Part shown: positions 60,045-64,000 of the stretch, one piece after another
How the letters are laid out: every line of letters starts with the position of its first letter
Position numbering within the stretch: the stretch's first letter is position 1
Assembly: GCA_963823555.1 (NCBI GenBank)
Contig: CAWGMA010000004.1
Span: 256,001-320,000, forward strand
Length of the DNA stretch: 64,000 nt
Reading direction: 5' to 3'
Source: Candidatus Eiseniibacteriota bacterium
GTDB lineage: Bacteria; Eisenbacteria; RBG-16-71-46; CAVPCR01
Program-made: the position numbers and the translations under genes
Notes under the pieces: model-generated
Seen by the model: the letters and a program-made list of their open reading frames with translations, nothing else
Databases searched by the model: none
Told to the model about the DNA's origin: nothing

Positions 60045-60614
60045 TCAATCGAGAGAGATGTTCTCGCGTCCGAAACGCAGGGTTCGAGCCATCCAGATCA
60101 GCTCCTTGAGGAACTTGTCGATCCTTCGATGATAGGACTGGTCCTGGATCCGGCCTTCGGCGTCGAAGATATCCTGGACCTTCGAGAAGTTCACATCCCA
60201 GAAGATGGTGACCAGCCCCAGTTCCCTCATCACCGGCAGCAGGTTCTGGATGACGCGCGTGCCACCAAAGGACCCCTTCGACACTCCCACGAGGCCCACG
60301 GCCTTGTGGATGTACTCCTTGAGGCAGCTGTCGAGCACGTGCTTGAGTAGACCTGGATATCCGTGGTTGTACTCCGGAGCCACGATGATGAGTGCGTCCG
60401 CGCGGCTCATCCGGGCTGAGAAATCGGCATCCTTGATGTTCTCTCCGGCGTCGTTCGTGGGCAGCCGAAGGTCGGCGATGTCGATCAGCTCGGTCTCCAT
60501 CCGTGGGTGCTTCTCGAGTTCGGATAGCACGAGGTGGGCGGGGTGAATGCTCATCCGGCCGCGACGTGCCGTACCGAGGATGACTGGGATGTAGAGTGGA
60601 CGATCGTGGAGCAT
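60045..60614 (-). CDS. NADPH-dependent FMN reductase
   Basis: ILGTARRGRMS, APEYNHGYPGLLK, GSFGGTR. Start at 60614 or 60662. Confidence 0.9.
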   Translation of the reverse strand: MLHDRPLYIPVILGTARRGRMSIHPAHLVLSELEKHPRMETELIDIADLRLPTNDAGENIKDADFSARMSRADALIIVAPEYNHGYPGLLKHVLDSCLKEYIHKAVGLVGVSKGSFGGTRVIQNLLPVMRELGLVTIFWDVNFSKVQDIFDAEGRIQDQSYHRRIDKFLKELIWMARTLRFGRENISLD

Positions 60615-60797
60615 GCTTCGTATCCTCCCAAGAGCGTGATATCCAGACCCGGGATACGACAATCCCGGGGCTCACGCGCCCGAATGACGCCAGGAGTTGA
60701 CATATGAAGAGGAGACGGGCAAGCTGGCATCTCCCCCCCCAGTCATCACTGCCGCCTGCATCTTTCTCCCCTGGGACGCAGGACGCGGAAGCGAGTC

Positions 60798-62126
60798 ATG
60801 ATACCTGTCTCAGCATCCCGGATCAGCCTTCACCATCTCCAGGCGCGAATGGACGATGCGCGGGAGCGGACCGACGATCTCTTCCGTCTGGTTCGGCCGG
60901 AAGCGCTCCATGATCGACCCATCCCCGAGCGTCATCGCATCCTCTTCTACATCGGTCATCTCGAGGCCTTCGACTGGAACCTGATCGGGGGACATGTTCT
61001 GGGCCTCGAGTCGCCGCATGCGGCTCTTGATCGTCTCTTTGCCTTCGGCATCGACCCGGTCGGTGGCCATCTGCCCACCGACCGCCCCGAGGACTGGCCG
61101 CGGCTCGATGAGGTTCACGGCTACGCCAAGCGAACGCGGAGCGCCATCGATGCTGCCCTCGCCGCCCCCGCGGCCCCCGGGACGCCGCTCCTCGATGACG
61201 GGGCCGCGCTCAACGTGGCTATCGAGCATCGGCTCATGCACGCCGAGACGCTCGCTTACATGCTTCATCAGCTCGCGTTCGATCGCAAGCGGATCGATGC
61301 GATCGCAGCCCCGGCCGCCGCTGCCGTGTCCCCGGAACCGAAATCCATGATCGAGATTCCCGCCGGCACCGCGCTGCTCGGCCTGCGCCGGGACAGCGGG
61401 ATCTTCGGCTGGGACAACGAGTACGAGGCGCACCAGGTGGATGTGCCGGCGTTCGCCATCGATGCCGCCAAGGTCACGAACGGCGAGTTCCTCGAGTTCG
61501 TGACATCCGGAGGCTATGAGGAGGCGGCGTTGTGGTCGGAATCCGACCGGGCCTGGATCCGGGATTCCGCACGGAAGCATCCCAGCTTCTGGGTTGCGAG
61601 AGGAGGTTCCTTCAGCTATCGCGCGATGGGCGGCGAAGTGCCGCTTCCGCTCGCGGCTCCGGTGTATGTGAGTCACGCCGAGGCCGCGGCATACGCGCGC
61701 TGGTGCGGGAAGCGACTGCCAACCGAGGCTCAGTGGCATCGCGCGACCTTCGGCACTCCCGAGGGGGCGGAACGTCCCTATCCCTGGGGCGCGGATTCCC
61801 CCAGCTCACGATTCGGCAATTTCGACTTCCACTCCTGGGATCCGTTGCCAGCCGCTTCCTTCGCGGCCGGGGCGAGTGCCTGGGGGGTGCGCGATCTCGT
61901 CGGCAACGGCTGGGAATGGACGCGCACGGTCTTCGGCCCGTGGCCCGGATTCACCCCATTTGCCTTCTATCCTGGGTACTCGGCTGACTTCTTCGACGAC
62001 AAGCACTTCGTCATGAAGGGCGGTTCCCCGCGCACGGCGGCCTGTCTTCTCCGGCGCTCGTTCCGCAACTGGTTCCAGGCGCACTACGGATTCGCTTACG
62101 CCGGGTTCCGTTGCGTCGAGGATTGA
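60798..62126 (+). CDS. egtB: Non-heme iron sulfoxide synthase (EgtB/OvoA family; DinB + FGE-sulfatase domains)
   Basis: RHRILFYIGH, HRLMHAE (HX3HXE), FGWDNE, RLPTEAQW, GNGWEWT, YSADFFD, FRNWF, GFRCV; directly upstream of egtD. Confidence 0.85.
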   Translation: MIPVSASRISLHHLQARMDDARERTDDLFRLVRPEALHDRPIPERHRILFYIGHLEAFDWNLIGGHVLGLESPHAALDRLFAFGIDPVGGHLPTDRPEDWPRLDEVHGYAKRTRSAIDAALAAPAAPGTPLLDDGAALNVAIEHRLMHAETLAYMLHQLAFDRKRIDAIAAPAAAAVSPEPKSMIEIPAGTALLGLRRDSGIFGWDNEYEAHQVDVPAFAIDAAKVTNGEFLEFVTSGGYEEAALWSESDRAWIRDSARKHPSFWVARGGSFSYRAMGGEVPLPLAAPVYVSHAEAAAYARWCGKRLPTEAQWHRATFGTPEGAERPYPWGADSPSSRFGNFDFHSWDPLPAASFAAGASAWGVRDLVGNGWEWTRTVFGPWPGFTPFAFYPGYSADFFDDKHFVMKGGSPRTAACLLRRSFRNWFQAHYGFAYAGFRCVED

Positions 62127-62146
62127 GTCCCTTCCCCGGAGGTGCC

Positions 62147-63118
62147 ATGCGAACCCACGCGATATCCCGATACTCCACGTCCAGCATGGCCGAGGACATC
62201 CGCGCGGGGCTGACCCGTCCCGGCCAGAAGGAGCTCCCTTCGAAGTACCTGTACGACGACGTTGGCTCGGCCCTCTTCGAGGTCATCTGCCTGCTTCCGG
62301 AGTACGGGCTGTTTCGAGCCGGCTCTCGCCTCCTCCGGCAGTACGCCGGCGACATCGTCGATCGCCTCGAGCTACCGGTGCTGGTCGCCGAACTGGGGAG
62401 CGGCAGCGGCACCAAGACCCGCTGGATTCTCGAGGAGCTGGCCCAACACCAGCCCACGACCTATTGCCCGATCGATATCTCACCGACGGCGCTCGCGCAG
62501 AGCGCACGGGAACTGGGGCGCATCGATGCGGTGAGCGTCGTCGGGTTCGAGCAACCCTATCTCGACGGACTCCTGGCCGCGGCGGCCCGCCGCCGGCCGG
62601 AGGAGCGCCTCCTCGTGCTCTTCCTGGGCAGCACGATCGGCAACTTCGATCGGCCGGCTGGAGAGAAGTTCATGAGCGAGGTGCGAAATGTCCTCGTGCC
62701 AGGTGATACCCTCCTCCTGGCGACGGATCTCGAGAAGCCGATCGACCAGCTCCTGCTCGCCTATGATGATCCGATCGGAGTCACCGCCTCGTTCAATCTG
62801 AACATGCTTGCCCGCGTCAATCGCGACCTCGACGCCGACTTCGATCTCCGGGACTTCCGGCACGAGGCGCGCTGGAACAAGCAGGAGCGCCGCATCGAGA
62901 TGCACCTGCGTTCGCTTCGCGACCATGCCGTGAGCGTGCGTGGCGGCGGGGGGTTCCGCGTTCGCTTCGTCGAGGGCGAGACCATCTGGACCGAGAGCTC
63001 CCACAAGTACAACCTCGAGGAGGTGGTCGAGATGGCGCGCCGGACGGGCTTCCACTGCGAGGAGCAGTGGGTGAACGAGGAGTGGCTGTTCGCGCAAAGC
63101 CTGTTCCTGGCCGTGTAG
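62147..63118 (+). CDS. egtD: L-histidine N-alpha-trimethyltransferase
   Basis: LPSKYLYDDVGSALFE.I..LPEY, ELGSGSGTKT, FLGSTIGNF, AYDD..GVTA.FNLN, IWTESSHKY. Confidence 0.95.
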   Translation: MRTHAISRYSTSSMAEDIRAGLTRPGQKELPSKYLYDDVGSALFEVICLLPEYGLFRAGSRLLRQYAGDIVDRLELPVLVAELGSGSGTKTRWILEELAQHQPTTYCPIDISPTALAQSARELGRIDAVSVVGFEQPYLDGLLAAAARRRPEERLLVLFLGSTIGNFDRPAGEKFMSEVRNVLVPGDTLLLATDLEKPIDQLLLAYDDPIGVTASFNLNMLARVNRDLDADFDLRDFRHEARWNKQERRIEMHLRSLRDHAVSVRGGGGFRVRFVEGETIWTESSHKYNLEEVVEMARRTGFHCEEQWVNEEWLFAQSLFLAV

Positions 63119-63215
63119 CTGCGGTCGGGCGGCCCCGCCGGGATTCGGCTAGACTCCTGCCGCCGGGCCCGGCATCCCGCCGGGGGACACGACTCCCTCA
63201 AACTCGTGATGGCCC

Positions 63216-64000
63216 ATGACACCCGATAAAGAGTCGCAAGAGTTTCTGGATCTGCTGGCTGCGGAACGCCGTGGCTACCGCCTGCCTTTGCGCGCTTCGG
63301 CGGTGGCTCGCGATTTCGTCTACGATCTGCTGGCCCTCCTCTTTCCCCACTTCTCGGAGGAGAGCCGCAGCGAGCCCGAGCAGGTGGCCTATGACTACTG
63401 GCGGGCCCGCGAACGGATCGCGCTCTTCTTGAAGGCCCATCCACGCAATCGGGAGCGGGCCGGGGACCTGGCCCGCGAGTTCCTGGCGCGTCTGCCCTAC
63501 ATCCGGCAGGTGTTGCTCGAGGATGCCGCGGCCATCAACCGGGCCGATCCGGCGGCGCGCAGTGTGGACGAGGTCATCGTCGCCTATCCCGGTTTCTTCG
63601 CTCTGGCCTGCTATCGCTTCGCCCATGAACTCCACACGCTCGGAGTCGAGCTCTTGCCACGCCTGGTCACCGAGGTCGCACACAAGGAGACCGGCATCGA
63701 TATCCACCCTGGTGCCGTGATCGGCCACTCCATGTCCATCGACCACGGTACCGGCATCGTCATCGGCGAGACCACCGTCATCGGCGACCGCGTGCGCCTC
63801 TACCAGGGCGTGACCTTGGGCGCGCTCTCGGTCGACAAGCAGCACTCGAACGTCAAGCGCCACCCGACGATCGAGGACGACGTCATCATCTACGCCAACG
63901 CCACCATCCTGGGCGGCCACACCGTGATCGGAGCCGGCAGTGTCATCGGCGGTAACGTGTGGCTCACCCAGGGTGTGCCGCCGGGAAGCCTGGTCACCGA
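63216..64000 (+). CDS. cysE: Serine O-acetyltransferase; runs off the window edge
   Basis: Absent from the ORF track. Translation MTPDKESQ...DPAARSVDEVIVAYPGFFA...TGIDIHPGAVIG...IDHGTGIVIGET...LYQGVTLGA...KRHPTIED. Confidence 0.92.
   Translation, partial: MTPDKESQEFLDLLAAERRGYRLPLRASAVARDFVYDLLALLFPHFSEESRSEPEQVAYDYWRARERIALFLKAHPRNRERAGDLAREFLARLPYIRQVLLEDAAAINRADPAARSVDEVIVAYPGFFALACYRFAHELHTLGVELLPRLVTEVAHKETGIDIHPGAVIGHSMSIDHGTGIVIGETTVIGDRVRLYQGVTLGALSVDKQHSNVKRHPTIEDDVIIYANATILGGHTVIGAGSVIGGNVWLTQGVPPGSLVT

Noticed and set aside
60798..62126. Selenoneine (SenA) or ovothiol (full OvoA) pathway
   Set aside because: No senB/selD in the window and no fused C-terminal methyltransferase; adjacent egtD points to ergothioneine.

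Overview
High-GC bacterial chromosomal window with dense coding and no rRNA, tRNA, CRISPR array or mobile element that I can support. Several secreted proteins end in a FlgD-Ig/'PNPFNP...WDGRD..G..V.SGVY' C-terminal domain and two end in a short 'TWGxIK' motif, which suggests a Candidatus Eisenbacteria/Krumholzibacteriota/Latescibacterota-type organism (inference only). The centrepiece (30.2-46.2 kb) is a divergently transcribed multiheme-cytochrome island. The left arm encodes an outer-membrane beta-barrel, a 14-heme periplasmic cytochrome, a monoheme lipoprotein, a tetraheme cytochrome, system II maturation genes (ResB/CcsA) and a diheme peroxidase. The right arm encodes a 9-heme lipoprotein, an ImcH-like NapC/NirT protein and two CbcL-like c+b cytochromes (11 hemes, and 19 hemes once six +1 frameshifts are repaired). 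The arms share an intergenic region with a sigma-54 promoter, an IHF site and palindromic activator boxes. This reads as a complete quinone-to-cell-surface extracellular electron transfer pathway in one locus. Elsewhere: an HcrA/HcrC-like Mo-enzyme pair lacking its flavoprotein subunit, xdhC/mocA, a MacAB-type ABC exporter, secreted proteases/hydrolases, acr3-arsC, a P-type ATPase, Rrf2, an atypical frameshifted transketolase, and egtB-egtD-cysE divergent from a betaine-type ABC importer. Several genes appear to be leaderless. All calls come from reading motifs by eye; no database search was run.
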